Counted from the first letter of the stretch, positions 1 through 9,562 are shown. The stretch is DNA of 32,000 nt from Nostoc punctiforme PCC 73102 (GCF_000020025.1 NC_010628.1:6900001-6932000); one strand, 5' to 3'. Notes: a model not told the origin generated them from the letters alone. Program-made: numbers and translations.

Positions 1-867
1 GCGGAAAGTCCGAACTGTTAAGGGACAAAATTCCCATTCAGCCTTTCCCCGCTCCAGTTCCAGCATTACATAGCCTTTGTCTTCTTTTTCTTCACTAAAA
101 TCTACCCGCTCAATACTTCCCGGATAAATCACCGGCGGGTTGTTAGATTTATTGAGGTTCTGATGGCGGTGGACATGTCCCAACGCTACATAATCAAAAC
201 AAGGTCGCGTCAGCAAAGATAGGGGTAGAGTAAAGCCTTTACCTACTGCCAAAAATCGTTCTGCGCCCAAGCTAGCATTATCAGCCATCAAATGAGCCAA
301 AAGCACAGTTGGCACATCGGGGTCAAGACGGCGAATTTCCCCTTCCATAACAACTCGCAGGCGTTCCGTTAACAGTTCGTTGACTTCTGCCAAAGATGAA
401 CCTTCAGTCTCTTGGCGAGTCATCAAAGTTGAACGGGTCAACCAAGGGAGGGTAATTACTTGCACTTTGCCATTACGGGTTTCAATGCAGTGAGTAGTTA
501 ATGTATCACCGACAACAAACCCTGGCACTCCCAAAGTGCGGTAAATATTTAAACTTGCTCCTCCCTGTCCTTGGGAATGTTGGTCATGGTTGCCTACCAA
601 CAGCACTGTTGGAATATCGGCATCCATGAGACGGCGAAACTGGCTAGCAAAAGCTTGTTGTACATAAGGCGGTGGTGTTGCATCCGGGAAAGCATCGCCA
701 CCAAATATCACCATATCAACAGCATCAGTTAGGGCTCTGTCAATACATATAGACAAAGTATTGACAAAATCCTCCAATCGTGTATTCAACCCAGTTGTAG
801 GATTAATTCGTCCGTGGGAGAAGCCGCTTCCCATGTGGATGTCGGAAAGATGGAGGATTTTAATCAT
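1..867 (-). CDS. SbcD/Mre11-family metallophosphoesterase (nuclease subunit D-like); 3' end runs off the window
   Basis: The minus-strand frame is open from the ATG (complement of 865-867) to position 1, so it is absent from the ORF track. The translation starts MIKILHLSDIHMG and contains GDAFPD, LLVGNHDQH and ALGHVHRHQ. These are the calcineurin-like phosphoesterase motifs typical of SbcD/Mre11. Confidence 0.8.
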   Translation of the reverse strand, partial: MIKILHLSDIHMGSGFSHGRINPTTGLNTRLEDFVNTLSICIDRALTDAVDMVIFGGDAFPDATPPPYVQQAFASQFRRLMDADIPTVLLVGNHDQHSQGQGGASLNIYRTLGVPGFVVGDTLTTHCIETRNGKVQVITLPWLTRSTLMTRQETEGSSLAEVNELLTERLRVVMEGEIRRLDPDVPTVLLAHLMADNASLGAERFLAVGKGFTLPLSLLTRPCFDYVALGHVHRHQNLNKSNNPPVIYPGSIERVDFSEEKEDKGYVMLELERGKAEWEFCPLTVRTFR

Positions 868-909
868 ATTTGTCTTTTGTCCTTAGTCACTTATCCTTTG
901 TCTAATAGT

Positions 910-944
910 AATGACAAATGACAAATGACCAATGACTAATAACT
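910..944. repeat. STRR-type tandem heptamer array (AATGACA/AATGACC/AATGACT, 5 units)
   Basis: Read directly from the sequence. The units are the complement of TTGGTCA/TTTGTCA-type cyanobacterial short tandemly repeated repetitive sequences. The array abuts the cysH stop codon (943-945). Confidence 0.85.
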
Positions 945-1668
945 AAATATGAATTCCGCATTCTGTTTTATCACTTCCCCGCCAACGTCCGGCGCGTTCG
1001 TCTTCACCTTCGCCTACTTTGGTGGTGATGGGTTGGTCGCCTATGCTGGGATAGCCTTTGTCATGGAGTGGGTTGTAGATGACTCCGTGTTCAGCTACGT
1101 AAACCCAGGTATCTTGACGTGTCCAGGTAGCAATGGGATTTACTTTCAACCGACCTTTACCATCAAATTCAAATATGGGCATATTCGCACGGGTTACTGC
1201 TTGGTCACGGCGGCGACCGGTAATCCAAGCCACGCTGTTGAGTTCGTCTAGACCCCGTAACAGTGGTTCAATTTTTGTAATGTGGTGGAATTTGGCAATA
1301 TCCGTATCCCAAAGTTTGTCGCCGTATTTGGCTTCAAAGGCTTCACGGGTTTCTACGTCTGGAGTTTTGAAAGTTTGCAAGTCCAGATTGTAGATTTCTT
1401 TGGCTTTGGCTACTAATTCTAGGCTCTCAGGGAAGTGATGTAAAGTGTCGAGAAAGATCACAGGAACGGGATGCTTCAGTTCACTGTAAAGAATATGGGT
1501 AATTATCATGTCATCCACGTTAAAGGCGCTGGTTTGCACCAATCCCGTTGGGATATTCTCTATAGACCATGCCAGTATCTCTTTAGGAGTGGCAGTTTCA
1601 AATTGCTCATTTAATTTTTCTAAGTCAAAAGCGATCGCTTGATTTCTAGATGCCGTGGAGACTGTCAT
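943..1668 (-). CDS. cysH: Phosphoadenosine phosphosulfate (PAPS) reductase
   Basis: The 241-aa ORF has a PAPS-reductase/ATP-PPase fold sequence and the C-terminal redox motif KTECGIH. It has no CC...CxxC iron-sulfur cysteines, so by sequence it is the PAPS type rather than the APS type. Confidence 0.9.
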   Translation of the reverse strand: MTVSTASRNQAIAFDLEKLNEQFETATPKEILAWSIENIPTGLVQTSAFNVDDMIITHILYSELKHPVPVIFLDTLHHFPESLELVAKAKEIYNLDLQTFKTPDVETREAFEAKYGDKLWDTDIAKFHHITKIEPLLRGLDELNSVAWITGRRRDQAVTRANMPIFEFDGKGRLKVNPIATWTRQDTWVYVAEHGVIYNPLHDKGYPSIGDQPITTKVGEGEDERAGRWRGSDKTECGIHI

Positions 1669-1969
1669 GATAATCTTCTATTCAAATATTTCTACCTTGA
1701 TTAAGATTTATTTTACTCCATAAAGGCGCGTATTCCGCTCGGAGTTCAGGTATTTATTCTGTTCGGAAATTACTACATTTGGGAACCGGAGAATAAGAAG
1801 TGGGGAGACTAGAAGACTAAACCATCATAAGTAAAAACCGATACTTAAGTTGTAAATTAATTTTTTGTTAAGAAAAATTACAGGATTTTAAGTTTTACAG
1901 CGCTTTTATAGATATTTATACTGATTTTGATATGGTTAAGGAACTATTAAAAAAAGGATTTTTACTTAA

Positions 1970-2074
1970 ATGAACGATTCAAAATTCAGCAATCCATTAG
2001 GCCAATCTATAATTATGGGCGCTTTAATGATGTTAACCAGTGTTGGCGTTATTACAATAATGAACTTTTTCTAA
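1970..2074 (+). CDS. Possible 34-aa small hydrophobic protein (MNDSKFSNPLGQSIIMGALMMLTSVGVITIMNFF)
   Basis: An ATG is preceded by AAGGA about 13 nt upstream. The C-terminal roughly 20 residues are hydrophobic, the length of one TM helix. A strong plus-strand intrinsic terminator follows 40 nt downstream. There is no homology evidence. Confidence 0.3.
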   Translation: MNDSKFSNPLGQSIIMGALMMLTSVGVITIMNFF

Positions 2075-2114
2075 GATTTGGAATTTCTAATTTTAGCAAT
2101 AAGACTTCACATAG

Positions 2115-2148
2115 TCCTGCTCAAAACTGAGTAGGATTTTTATTTTTT
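2115..2148 (+). terminator. Rho-independent terminator (9-bp stem TCCTGCTCA/TGAGTAGGA, 4-nt loop, T-rich tail)
   Basis: The stem spans 2115-2123 and 2128-2136 with one G-U pair. It is followed by TTTTTATTTTTTAT. A T-tail exists only on the plus strand. Confidence 0.55.
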
Positions 2149-2175
2149 ATCTACATATATCAGTGTATGTTAATT

Positions 2176-2208
2176 TTCTTCTGTGACTTTTGGCTCAGAA
2201 GAATTTTT
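2176..2208. terminator. Second hairpin (TTCTTCTG...CAGAAGAA) with a T5 tail on the plus strand; possibly also serves the convergent MFS gene
   Basis: An 8-bp stem spans 2176-2183 and 2196-2203, followed by TTTTT at 2204-2208. It lies 53 nt beyond the MFS stop on the other strand. Confidence 0.35.
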
Positions 2209-2260
2209 AAGCCGTGTTTTTACATAGTTTTACATCAGAGAGCTTAAAATTGGTATCCGT

Positions 2261-3850
2261 CTAATGGCTGACTGGTGCTTTCGCTCCGGCACCGCCTTTA
2301 CCCAAGAATAGTAATAAAGGTAATGAGCAAAGGAACCCAATCCCTACCACTCGAAAGCAATCTGCGTAAGATAAAACAGCAGCTTGAGTATCTACTGTTT
2401 GACTTAATAAAGCTAGTGCTTGTTGTTGTGCTGTTGCCGCATCCATGCCTTGGCTTTGAAGTGCCCCATTGAGCAAATCTAGACGTTGATTGGTTTCTGG
2501 GTCATAAGGGCTAAGTTTTGCTAACAAGATAGCTCGATGAAAAGTTTGTCTTCGGTCAAGCAGAGTGGTAAGTAGGGCAATGCCGATACTGCCACCTAGT
2601 TGTCGAGTCAGGTTGTAGAAACCAGACCCAGCCGAAACATCTTGTTTGGGTAGCGGGCCTAAAACTGCCAAACTCAAAGGGAGAAACATCAACACAGTAA
2701 AAGCCCCACGCCATACCAATGGCCAAAATAAATCATCTGTGCCCGTTTGTGGAGTAATTGCTGCTAGTTGAAACATAACTCCAGATGATCCAACAGCGCC
2801 CATTGCAATTAAAAATCGGGCATCAATTTTACTGGACAGCTTGCCTAATAGAACCATGACGATCGCAGACGCTAAAGCACCAGGCGCTAACAATAGTCCT
2901 GTCTGCGTTGCCGTAAAGTGCAGTACACTTTGAGCAAATATCGGCACAGCAAAGAGTGTGCCATAAAGCCCCATACCCACCACTGCTGAGAGAACGCTTC
3001 CCGCAGCTAAAGAACGGTGACGCAAAACTCTCAAATCCACAGCAGGATGATTTGTTTTCAGTTCTCGCCAAATAAACAACCCTAAGCCGATCGTACTGGC
3101 GATCGCTAACGTGGTGATGAAACCGGAGGAAAACCAGTCTTCTTTCTCTCCTTCTTCTAACAAAGTTTGCAGACAGCCGATCGCAATAATCAAAAACCCA
3201 ATACCGAACCAATCGACGGATTGGCTTTGTGTCTCGCTTTTGTCTTTGTCTTTGGGCAAAAACATGAAGGACATCGCCACTGCAACGATCCCGAAGGGAA
3301 TATTAACAAAGAAAATCCAGCGCCAGCCCAAACCATCTACCAAGAATCCTCCTAAAGTCGGGCCGATAGCTGGGCCAGCAATTACACCTACTCCAAAAAC
3401 TGCCTGTGCCAAACCCTGTTCAGCAGGTGGAAAAGTCTCAAACAAAATCGCTTGTGCTTTAGCTAGCAACCCGCCACCACATAAACCTTGAAGAATTCGG
3501 GAAAGAACCAGCATCGGTAAATTGAATGCTAACCCGCATAAAACTGAGGCAATGGTAAAGCCAATCAACGAAAAAATAAAGTAGGTTTTGCGCCCAAAGT
3601 AATCTCCCAGCCATGCAGATAAGGGAATTAAGACGACATTTGCGATCGCATATCCAGTTACTACCCAACCTACCTCACTGACAGTTGCACCCAAACTAGC
3701 TTGCATATCCGTCAAGGCAACGTTAACGATACTAGTATCAATTACTTCTAAAATTGCACCAAGAGAAGCCGTCAAAGCGATCGCCCACTTCAATGGTCCG
3801 TGGACATAACCAAATTGATCAAAACTAGAACGTTTAATGTTGGTAGCCAT
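2261..3850 (-). CDS. MFS transporter, DHA2 (EmrB/QacA-like, 14-TMS) drug:proton antiporter family
   Basis: The ORF is about 529 aa from the ATG at 3850; the track's 3868 start is a TTG. The N-terminus MATNIKRS...LKWAIALTASLGAILEVIDTSIVNVAL is typical of the EmrB family. The protein is very hydrophobic throughout and diverges from a TetR gene. Confidence 0.9.
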   Translation of the reverse strand: MATNIKRSSFDQFGYVHGPLKWAIALTASLGAILEVIDTSIVNVALTDMQASLGATVSEVGWVVTGYAIANVVLIPLSAWLGDYFGRKTYFIFSLIGFTIASVLCGLAFNLPMLVLSRILQGLCGGGLLAKAQAILFETFPPAEQGLAQAVFGVGVIAGPAIGPTLGGFLVDGLGWRWIFFVNIPFGIVAVAMSFMFLPKDKDKSETQSQSVDWFGIGFLIIAIGCLQTLLEEGEKEDWFSSGFITTLAIASTIGLGLFIWRELKTNHPAVDLRVLRHRSLAAGSVLSAVVGMGLYGTLFAVPIFAQSVLHFTATQTGLLLAPGALASAIVMVLLGKLSSKIDARFLIAMGAVGSSGVMFQLAAITPQTGTDDLFWPLVWRGAFTVLMFLPLSLAVLGPLPKQDVSAGSGFYNLTRQLGGSIGIALLTTLLDRRQTFHRAILLAKLSPYDPETNQRLDLLNGALQSQGMDAATAQQQALALLSQTVDTQAAVLSYADCFRVVGIGFLCSLPLLLFLGKGGAGAKAPVSH

Positions 3851-3891
3851 TGTCAGAGCGATTCCCAAAGCAAAAATTAAATATCTTATAT

Positions 3892-3908
3892 TACGCTACG
3901 GTAGCGTA
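3892..3908. promoter_or_regulatory. Perfect 8-1-8 palindrome TACGCTAC-G-GTAGCGTA; candidate TetR operator
   Basis: Read directly from the sequence. It lies 42 bp upstream of the MFS start codon, inside the 250-bp divergent MFS/TetR intergenic region. Confidence 0.5.
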
Positions 3909-4100
3909 TCATATAGAAATGGTCAAGGGAGACTTCAATGAAAAGCAGCAAAAATACTTATGCTAAAGATGGATAGTCACTTTTGCTGTTTTCGTGCATG
4001 AAAACTGAGTAGTAGGGCTTATTTGTTTCCCTGATGCTTGTTCTGTGACCAAAGCCAGAAGCAGATTGCCAAGAAGATATTGCTTGGGGATGATATTTTT

Positions 4101-4697
4101 ATGAGTAACCAAATTAACAGCCCTTCAGGACGACCACGCAGCATCCACGCCGACCAAGCGATTCTGCAAGCGACCTTAGACTTACTTGCAGAGGTAGGAT
4201 ATCAGAGCATGAGTATAGAAGCGATCGCTTTTCGTGCTGGAGTTGGTAAAACAACCATCTATCGCCGTTACACTTCCAAAGAAGAACTAGTTGCAGACGC
4301 GATAGAAAGTTTGAGAGATGATTTAGCGATCCCCGATACTAGCAGCTTTTGGGGAGATATGGATATTTTGATCGAGAATGCCGCCAAAAAGATAGATAGT
4401 CCCCTTGGTCGTCAGACACTCGCTTTGATAATTAGTACAGCGTCTAGCAATCCTCAGTTTGCAAAGGTTTACTGGACAAAATATATCAAACTCCGACGTG
4501 AAGCATTCTCTAAAGTACTTGAGCGTGCCCAGTCTAGAGGTGAAATACATAAGGATGCAGACTTAGACTTAATTATCGACCTGGTGAGCGGATCATTATA
4601 TTATGCACTGATCTTTAAACCCACAACCGAGCCAGTAGAAGCATATATGCGCCGCACAATAAATCTTCTCCTCAAAGGGATTGGGTATGGGGCATAG
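4101..4697 (+). CDS. TetR/AcrR-family transcriptional regulator
   Basis: The N-terminal HTH region is RPRSIHADQAILQATLDLLAEVGYQSMSIEAIAFRAGVGKTTIYRRYTSKEELV, a TetR_N signature. I prefer the ATG at 4101 over the track's TTG at 4038. Confidence 0.9.
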   Translation: MSNQINSPSGRPRSIHADQAILQATLDLLAEVGYQSMSIEAIAFRAGVGKTTIYRRYTSKEELVADAIESLRDDLAIPDTSSFWGDMDILIENAAKKIDSPLGRQTLALIISTASSNPQFAKVYWTKYIKLRREAFSKVLERAQSRGEIHKDADLDLIIDLVSGSLYYALIFKPTTEPVEAYMRRTINLLLKGIGYGA

Positions 4698-4732
4698 GGC
4701 AAGGGGGACAAGGAGAAAGAATAACCTATGTT

Positions 4733-4770
4733 CAATTCCCAATTTCCAATGCCCAATTCCCAATTCCCAC
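4733..4770. repeat. Tandem heptamer array CAATTCC/CAATTTC/CAATGCC (about 5 units)
   Basis: Read directly from the sequence, between the convergent TetR gene and the 117-aa ORF. Confidence 0.85.
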
Positions 4771-4853
4771 CTTATAACTTGTTAGCAAAATAACTTTTCA
4801 CGAACGGTCGTAAATGAGATGATGGATTAATTAGAGAAAAAGGTAAACAATTG

Positions 4854-5207
4854 TTATTTTTCTCCTTCCGCTTCTGGTTGCAGAATAGCATTACAGTACT
4901 GAATGAGGGTTGTCAAGCGATCGCTAATCGTCTGAAGTCTCGTCTGTGCAGTCGATGCCTGCCGCGCTCCTTGCAAAAACATCACATCTATCGCCAACAA
5001 ACGCAATTGCTTGCTCATTTCCGTTTGATAAGACTGTACTCGCCAGTTTTCATCAGCCAAAGGCACAATCTGCTGTCCGAAAAATTGCTGCAACGAGGCT
5101 ACACGCACTCGCAGTTCAGGCGCAGCGATTTGGGTCGTTGTGGCATCGGAGCGTAATTGCTCTAGCAAGGTTACGAGTGCCAAATATTTCTCAGGGTTTA
5201 AAGACAT
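4854..5207 (-). CDS. Hypothetical 117-aa protein, predicted helical
   Basis: A clean ATG-initiated ORF with non-repetitive, plausible composition. I cannot assign a family from sequence alone. Confidence 0.55.
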   Translation of the reverse strand: MSLNPEKYLALVTLLEQLRSDATTTQIAAPELRVRVASLQQFFGQQIVPLADENWRVQSYQTEMSKQLRLLAIDVMFLQGARQASTAQTRLQTISDRLTTLIQYCNAILQPEAEGEK

Positions 5208-5425
5208 CCAGTGCTAGTTAAGATAGTATTAGTGTCAAGTAATTTTTCTTTTACAATAAACTTTCTTAAAGGCTTATCAGCACTAAAAGCCTCAAATCAG
5301 GATTTGAGGCTTTGTTTGCCATCAATGGATTTTCAAGGTTAATAGGCGACAGCATTTTCTTAGGGTGATGCTGCCACTTTTATTTATCATTCACTTATCT
5401 ACCGATCCTATCCAAACCCACTTGT

Positions 5426-7699
5426 ATGAGCAGTCTAGCTATAAATTCATCAGTTGATCTAGCCATTCCGGAATGGTTAAAAAAATGTTTGAAGGAGTCA
5501 TCGACAAGTAACGGCGAAGTAGAAGATGACCGAAGGCATAGTGATGCAGTTTTAATTGGCCGCGCATTTGAATTTGCTTACCAACTGCATCAAGGTCAAT
5601 ACCGCAAATCTGGAGAACCATACATTGCTCATCCCATTGCTGTAGCCGACTTGCTGCATGACTTGGGAGGTAGTGCTGCTATGATAGCAGCTGGATTTCT
5701 CCATGATGTTGTTGAAGATACAGAAGTTACAAGTCAAGAAATTGAAGAACGCTTTGGCGCAGAAGTGCGGCAATTGGTTGAAGGTGTAACAAAGCTTTCT
5801 AAGATCAATTTCACCAGCAAAACCGAAAGCCAAGCCGAAAACTTCCGGCGGATGTTTTTGGCAATGGCGCAAGATATTCGGGTCATTGTGGTGAAATTGG
5901 CAGATCGTTTGCATAATATGCGAACTTTACAATATATGTCAGAGGCCAGCCGCCGCCGCAGTGCCCAAGAAACGCGAGATATATTCGCGCCTTTAGCCAA
6001 TCGCTTGGGGATTTGGCGAATAAAATGGGAACTGGAAGATTTGGCTTTTAAGTATTTGGAACCAGAAGCTTTTCGCCAAATGCAAGAGCTTGTTTCTGAA
6101 AAACGGACGGCGCGAGAAGAGAAACTGGCTAGAGCTACGAACATGTTGCAAGAGCGTTTGCAGCAAGCCGGAATCCGCTTTCAGGATATTAGCGGTCGTC
6201 CCAAGCACCTTTATAGCATTTACCAAAAAATGCACCGCCAGCAAAAGGAATTTCATGAAATTTACGATTTGGCAGCGCTGCGGATTATTGTTCAAAGCAA
6301 TGAGGAATGCTATCGGGCGTTGGCGGTGGTTCATGATGCTTTTCGCCCAATTCCTGGGAGATTTAAAGATTACATTGGGCTGCCAAAGCCTAACCGTTAC
6401 CAGTCGTTGCATACTGGGGTGATTGGACTAACTGGCCGTCCTTTAGAGGTGCAAATTCGGACAATCGAAATGCATCATATCGCCGAGTATGGGATTGCCG
6501 CCCATTGGAAATACAAAGAAACTGGAGGTTCTAGTATTAGCCATTTGACAGGGACAGATGACAAGTTTACTTGGCTGCGACAACTACTAGAATGGCAAAC
6601 CGATCTCAAGGATGCACAAGAATATCTTGATAGTGTCAAGGATAATCTATTTGAAGATGATGTCTATGTCTTCACCCCTAAGGGGGATGTTGTTCCTTTA
6701 AGTCCCGGTTCTACCACTGTAGATTTTGCTTATCGCATTCATACCGAAGTTGGAAATCACTGTTCAGGGGCGCGGGTGAATGGGCGAATGGTGTCTCTGT
6801 CAACGCGACTACAAAATGGCGATATTGTAGAAGTTCTCACTCAAAAAAACTGCCATCCGAGTTTGGATTGGTTGAACTTTGTCAGAAGTTCGGCGGCGAA
6901 ATATCGGATCAAACAATGGTACAAGCGATCGCGCCGCGAAGAAAATGTTGCCCGTGGACGGGAATTGTTAGAAAAGGAACTAGGTAAAACTGGTTTTGAT
7001 AGTTTGCTAAAGTCCGATGCAATGCAGATTGTCGCCGAAAAGTGTAACTACCACAGTGTGGACGATTTACTTGCCGGTTTGGGTTACGGTGAAGTGACAT
7101 TGAACTTGGTGCTAAATCGTTGGCGAGAAGTGGCGAAGGGACAACAACCAGTTTCTACAGTGCCGCCATTTATCCCCAAAGAACCACCTACTACATCAAA
7201 AGCTTTGCGAGATGCCCCTCCAACTACTTCCCGCGCCAGTGATTCGCCTATTGTTGGGGTAGAGGGGTTGGTATATCATTTAGCTGGATGTTGTACCCCG
7301 ATTCCTGGCGAACCGATTATTGGTGTGGTGACGCGAGGTAGGGGGATTTCAATTCATCGCCAAGGCTGCCATAATCTAGAGACTGTGGAATATGAGCGCT
7401 TAGTACCAGTTAGGTGGAACCCAAGCGCCGAAAATAGTGGTCGTCCGCACACGTATCCAGTAGATGTTCAAATTGAAGCCCTTGACCGCGTAGGGGTACT
7501 AAAAGATATTTTGTCACGGTTGAGTGACCAAGGAATCAATGTCCGCCATGCTCAGGTGAAAACCTCTGTTGGTCAACCTGCATTGATGGATTTAGGAATA
7601 GATATACGCGATCGCTCTCAATTAGAGCAAGTATTTGTGCAAATTAAGAAAATGAGCGACATTTTGAATATCCGCCGCGTTGGTCAAATTGACGAATAG
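5426..7699 (+). CDS. spoT: Bifunctional (p)ppGpp synthetase / guanosine-3',5'-bis(diphosphate) 3'-pyrophosphohydrolase (long RSH)
   Basis: A 757-aa ORF. The HD hydrolase motifs are YIAHPIAVA and HDVVEDT. The synthetase region is RPKHLYSIYQKM...YDLAALRIIV...YQSLHT. It also has a TGS domain (VYVFTPKGDVVPL...GSTTVDFAYRIHTEVG) and a C-terminal ACT-like domain. Confidence 0.95.
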   Translation: MSSLAINSSVDLAIPEWLKKCLKESSTSNGEVEDDRRHSDAVLIGRAFEFAYQLHQGQYRKSGEPYIAHPIAVADLLHDLGGSAAMIAAGFLHDVVEDTEVTSQEIEERFGAEVRQLVEGVTKLSKINFTSKTESQAENFRRMFLAMAQDIRVIVVKLADRLHNMRTLQYMSEASRRRSAQETRDIFAPLANRLGIWRIKWELEDLAFKYLEPEAFRQMQELVSEKRTAREEKLARATNMLQERLQQAGIRFQDISGRPKHLYSIYQKMHRQQKEFHEIYDLAALRIIVQSNEECYRALAVVHDAFRPIPGRFKDYIGLPKPNRYQSLHTGVIGLTGRPLEVQIRTIEMHHIAEYGIAAHWKYKETGGSSISHLTGTDDKFTWLRQLLEWQTDLKDAQEYLDSVKDNLFEDDVYVFTPKGDVVPLSPGSTTVDFAYRIHTEVGNHCSGARVNGRMVSLSTRLQNGDIVEVLTQKNCHPSLDWLNFVRSSAAKYRIKQWYKRSRREENVARGRELLEKELGKTGFDSLLKSDAMQIVAEKCNYHSVDDLLAGLGYGEVTLNLVLNRWREVAKGQQPVSTVPPFIPKEPPTTSKALRDAPPTTSRASDSPIVGVEGLVYHLAGCCTPIPGEPIIGVVTRGRGISIHRQGCHNLETVEYERLVPVRWNPSAENSGRPHTYPVDVQIEALDRVGVLKDILSRLSDQGINVRHAQVKTSVGQPALMDLGIDIRDRSQLEQVFVQIKKMSDILNIRRVGQIDE

Positions 7700-7836
7700 A
7701 TGATTGGTAGGGTGCGTTAACGGGGTTTGACGCACCAGATGGCGATCGTTTTTAGGAATCGAACCGCAGAGGCGCTGAGGGCGCAGAGAAAGAGAGGAGG
7801 AAATGAATGTGCCGTGTGATTATTTAGGCGATTGCA

Positions 7837-8877
7837 TTAATTGCTACTATTGACAGACTGCAACATTTTTTCTCGTTTCTTGCGGGCAATTTCTTGCAAA
7901 TCAACAGTTCTATCAGTTTCATCTACAATTTCACCAGTTATCACCTCAAGCACATCTTCCAAAGTGACGACACCAGCGATACTTCCATATTCGTCTACCA
8001 CTACTGCAAGATGTTCACGAGCTTCTATGAAATTTTTTAACAGTTTATCTGCTCGAATTATCTCAGGAACAAAGTTGACTTTTCGAGCTAGACTAGCGAT
8101 TTTTTGATTGTTACTTCCTTCAACCATCGCTGTCAGTAAATTCTGTTTGAGAGCATATCCAATAATTTCATCCAGAGATTCATTTATTACAATAATCCGG
8201 GTGTGTTGAGACGCAATAATATTTGCTTTCGCCTCAGCAAGAGTCATATCTCCATAAATATATGTCAGCATGATTCGGGGTGTCATTAAATCAGATGCTG
8301 TCACATCATTTAATCTAAACACTCGCTGAATCATTTCTGCTTCATCGCTTTCGATAATTCCCTCTTGATGCCCAATCTTCGCCAACAGCTTGATTTCAGC
8401 CTCATTCGTAGTTGGTCGTTTTTTCCCTTTGGCAAAGGGTGCAGTAACATTTTCTAGAATCCAAACTAAGGGTGTGAAAGCAATAGCAAGTCCAGCTACA
8501 GGTAGAGCTGCAAGTATGGCGATTTGCTCAGAATAACGCTCTCCAATTGTCTTTGGGATGATTTCACCAAAGATGATAATTAAGAATGTCAATATTCCTG
8601 AAAATACACCAAGCCATTTGTCTCCTAATACCTGAACAGCAATACTACCTGTAAGAATACTACCAATGATATTGAAAGTATTATTGAGGATTACAAGAGC
8701 CGCAATCGGTCGATTCATATTTTCACGAATCGCTAAAAGTCTTACTGCTGATGGACTATTTGATTGTGCTAATTGTCTGACTCTCAGGGTTGAAACAGAA
8801 AACAGGGCTGTTTCTACACTAGAACAAATTGCTGAACCTAAAAGGATAACAAACACAATGATGAGAAGCTGTAGCAT
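7837..8877 (-). CDS. DUF21 (CNNM) transmembrane plus CBS-pair protein (HlyC/CorC-family transporter, lacking a long CorC C-terminal domain)
   Basis: The N-terminal hydrophobic DUF21 region runs from MLQLLIIVFVILLGSAICSSVETALFSV to GEIIPKT. A CBS pair follows (VTASDLMTPR...LAVVVDEYGSIAGVVTLEDVLE). I prefer the ATG at 8877 over the TTG at 8889. Confidence 0.85.
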   Translation of the reverse strand: MLQLLIIVFVILLGSAICSSVETALFSVSTLRVRQLAQSNSPSAVRLLAIRENMNRPIAALVILNNTFNIIGSILTGSIAVQVLGDKWLGVFSGILTFLIIIFGEIIPKTIGERYSEQIAILAALPVAGLAIAFTPLVWILENVTAPFAKGKKRPTTNEAEIKLLAKIGHQEGIIESDEAEMIQRVFRLNDVTASDLMTPRIMLTYIYGDMTLAEAKANIIASQHTRIIVINESLDEIIGYALKQNLLTAMVEGSNNQKIASLARKVNFVPEIIRADKLLKNFIEAREHLAVVVDEYGSIAGVVTLEDVLEVITGEIVDETDRTVDLQEIARKKREKMLQSVNSSN

Positions 8878-9562
8878 ATAGTTTCCCAAATATGGGAAGC
8901 GAAAGTTGAGCTTAACTGATAGCGAACTGGGTTACTATCCTGTTATCTTCTAAGTTTACCGTTTTCTTATTTTAAGCTCATCGCACAGGAAGGCTTAACT
9001 GCTTTATTCCTATAGCACTAGATTTTCATCTTGTAAGTATTTATACCATTTATTTGTAAGGCTGCACCAGATTTCCCTGGCTTCTGTTTTCTTCTTGGTT
9101 TCTTTCTTTGGGTTATGAGAACGAGGAGCAAGGATGCCTTATATCTTATAATTAATTTTCCGTTATTTTGTGTTCATTGGATTGCCAACTCAGTATTGAA
9201 TAAGTATTCAAACTTACTCTTAAATAATTAATTAATGAAGGCAACTCGGTTTATTTTTATCATCGACTTCGATTAAACTAACTATTAATTGAAGTTTGGT
9301 TAATTACTCTCGTAAGTTTTTTAAATTTCCTTACATAAACACAAAACTTCTGCAAAGATACTCTGAAAAAGATCAGAGCTAACCTTATCTATATTACCAT
9401 AATATATCGGAATGCAAGAGTGATGATATTTAAATCGCTGCCATAGTATGACTTTGAATATCTCACGATTTAATAGACTAGTGCAATTTTTAGAAGAAGC
9501 GTTATACTACAAGTCCGTTAATCGGTAAACTCCAGCTATAATAATAGATAAAAAGATGAATT

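Noticed and set aside
949-1393. Plus-strand ORFs of 100 aa and 86 aa
   Set aside because: Both are entirely antisense to the well-supported cysH CDS. Their translations are compositionally odd and have no recognisable motifs, so they are shadow ORFs.
2275-3668. Several 62-127-aa ORFs on both strands within the MFS transporter locus
   Set aside because: They are alternative-frame or antisense shadows of a 529-aa membrane protein gene, Cys/Arg/Ser-rich and not protein-like.
4854-5207. Assignment of the 117-aa ORF to a named heterocyst-pattern protein such as PatD
   Set aside because: I have only a vague impression from size and lineage and cannot recall a reference sequence to compare. I have left it as hypothetical.
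5439-7100. Minus- and plus-strand ORFs (60-139 aa) overlapping the RelA/SpoT gene
   Set aside because: They overlap a 757-aa CDS with unambiguous domain motifs, and nothing independently supports them.
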